From the IMG/VR virus record IMGVR_UViG_3300036770_003903, positions 1-36,702 of that record: a DNA stretch of 36,702 nt; one strand, given 5' to 3'. The stretch comes from a virus. Its lineage: Duplodnaviria; Caudoviricetes. Position 1 is the first letter of the stretch, and every line of letters starts with the position of its first letter. The position numbers and the translations under genes are program-made. The notes below the pieces were generated by a model that was not told where the DNA came from, did no database searches, and worked only from the letters and a program-made list of their open reading frames with translations. Positions 35,030-36,702 of the stretch are shown piece after piece.

Positions 35030-36702
35030 TAGTTGTAGATCCCAAAGCCTGGTGAACGACCGAAGCCAGGACGCTTAGATTTTGGATCTGGCGCCTTGCT
35101 TAGCTCTGTAAAGGAAATCTCGGCACGACCCCCGTCAGTCGTTGGAACAGGGATAGCGCCAGAAGAAGTGTTGAGCATCAGCATCAAGCCGGTGCCGGAA
35201 TCGTTGGTGGCCCAGTAGGCGTCTTTTGACAAGGTGGTAATGTACTGCTCGCTCATCCAAGCTGGCTGCTGAGCAAGACCTGGGTCTCGAGTACCGGGCA
35301 CGGCCAGTTTAAAACGTTGCGCAAGCATCTTTGGATCGCGCTTGATCAAATCTGCGTTTGCATGAATGTGCTGGGTATTGTAGGAATTCATTTCCCCAGG
35401 CTTAGACAGGGGAATAAAGTAGGTTCCGCCTGTTATATCCATGCTAGACATGACTTCTTTAAAGGCTTTCTTCAAAGCATCTTGAGCGTGCATACTGCCA
35501 CCGCTTGTCACAATGTCAAGAGCAGCCATACGAGTTGCAATTGTTTTCAAACCCGTATAGGCGGACAAGCGTTCAGACATGCCTCCGGTCAAAGCTCTAC
35601 TATACTGCTGGCCAATAACGGCTGATTGCGATTCGAGGTCTGCAAAGGATTGGCCAGTACTTGTTAGCGTGCCAAGAGAATCTTTAAGCTGCTTTGGATC
35701 TGCCTTTAGAGCAGCAACTACGCGCGACTCGGCAGGAGTGCCCATGACTCGAGCTGCAAACATGTACTCAGAAGGCAAGGCGTTTGGCCCGGTTGTCAAC
35801 TGCTTCCAAATGATGTTGAACTGGCCTTGGTATCGACCGTCTTTGCCAGCGTAACGTTCTTTCAAAGATTGCAGCGTGGCTACAACGGTAGCATTACTGG
35901 CCCCTTGAATATGACTAATCTCTTTTGCTCGTTGGCCATCTGACAGTAAAGCAATCTCGTAGTCAGGCACGCCTGCACGCAATTGCAAAGCAACCATAGT
36001 TTCTCTGGCTCCAGCAATATCTCCACTGTTCATCTTAGAAGCAACAGTAGGATGAGTTTGCCAGTAACCACCGGGGTCTGACTTACGTTGTTGCAGCCAG
36101 GTATTCAGGGTCTGCTGAACACCAAGTTGAATCTTGGCTTCATCAGCCGCCCCAGCGCCAGACGGCTTAAGTTGCGCAAATCGATTTGCAATTTCGTTTT
36201 CAGGCAGCCATTTCAGTTGAGCAGCCGTGTTGTAAGTCGTCTGAGCAATGTTGATTTCACGCCAAGCTTTGTCGGCCATCACAACAGCTCGTTCATTTTT
36301 CTTGCCTTCTCCTAAAGGATCGGCAACAGCCATGACTGCGTTGTATACGGCTTGCTTGCTAGAAAATTGAGCTAGACCTTTTCCAGAAGCTTGGATAGAC
36401 GCTACGTGGTCATCAAGTTGAGTTTCAAGTTTGTAGATTTCAACGGCGCTTGTAGCTTCAGCTGCATTCTTTGCGTTGCGCAGCAAACGGTTGTATTGAT
36501 CACCAGTCAAACCATGGAACTTCATGGCTTTCTCGTCTTTGCCCATGGCCTTCAGGGATTGATAGGAGGCCTTAGGGTTGTCGGTAATCATCGCCTCATA
36601 GGCTGATTCAGTCAACTCGCCAATGCGGTCCTTCATTGCCGCAATAAATTTAGGACGCACAACTCCGTTGTACCCCTCAATCTCCTTAGTTTTTGGATCA
36701 TC
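35029..36702 (-). CDS. Internal virion protein, 5' end outside the window
   Basis: The frame stays open from 36702 (DDPKTKEIEG...) to 35029; Ala/Gln-rich and helical; in the virion core module. Confidence 0.65.
   Translation of the reverse strand, partial: DDPKTKEIEGYNGVVRPKFIAAMKDRIGELTESAYEAMITDNPKASYQSLKAMGKDEKAMKFHGLTGDQYNRLLRNAKNAAEATSAVEIYKLETQLDDHVASIQASGKGLAQFSSKQAVYNAVMAVADPLGEGKKNERAVVMADKAWREINIAQTTYNTAAQLKWLPENEIANRFAQLKPSGAGAADEAKIQLGVQQTLNTWLQQRKSDPGGYWQTHPTVASKMNSGDIAGARETMVALQLRAGVPDYEIALLSDGQRAKEISHIQGASNATVVATLQSLKERYAGKDGRYQGQFNIIWKQLTTGPNALPSEYMFAARVMGTPAESRVVAALKADPKQLKDSLGTLTSTGQSFADLESQSAVIGQQYSRALTGGMSERLSAYTGLKTIATRMAALDIVTSGGSMHAQDALKKAFKEVMSSMDITGGTYFIPLSKPGEMNSYNTQHIHANADLIKRDPKMLAQRFKLAVPGTRDPGLAQQPAWMSEQYITTLSKDAYWATNDSGTGLMLMLNTSSGAIPVPTTDGGRAEISFTELSKAPDPKSKRPGFGRSPGFGIYN

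Noticed and set aside
1-36702. Alternative genetic code
   Set aside because: Standard-code ORFs tile the window densely with intact conserved proteins.

Overview
The window is most of a circularly permuted genome of a short-tailed dsDNA phage with BPP-1/T7-supergroup-like virion genes; no phage RNA polymerase or integrase is visible. It has three blocks. (1) 1-7164, minus strand: packaging and head genes (terS, terL, GNAT, portal, scaffold, major capsid, start of tail tube A). (2) About 7846-22803, plus strand: small early ORFs, a DUF932-like protein, a nucleotide-modification cluster, family A DNA polymerase, a nuclease, an SSB-like protein, a primase and two helicases. (3) 22800-36702, minus strand: internal virion proteins, tail fibres and an expanded lysis/exported-protein cassette. 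The main highlight is an operon at 11151-14280 that follows T4 modified-cytosine logic: a thymidylate-synthase homologue with Asp at the nucleotide-specificity site, a dNMP kinase, a MazG-like dNTPase and a dCMP deaminase. It is headed by a small-molecule-type SAM methyltransferase instead of a glycosyltransferase, so it is a candidate new DNA base modification pathway. The second highlight is a 1163-aa probable ejected virion protein carrying a PI3K/HipA-like kinase domain and an AT-rich R-S-E ADP-ribosyltransferase domain. Several structured leaders and repeated regulatory elements are also visible. All functional calls come from recognising motifs by eye; no searches were run.
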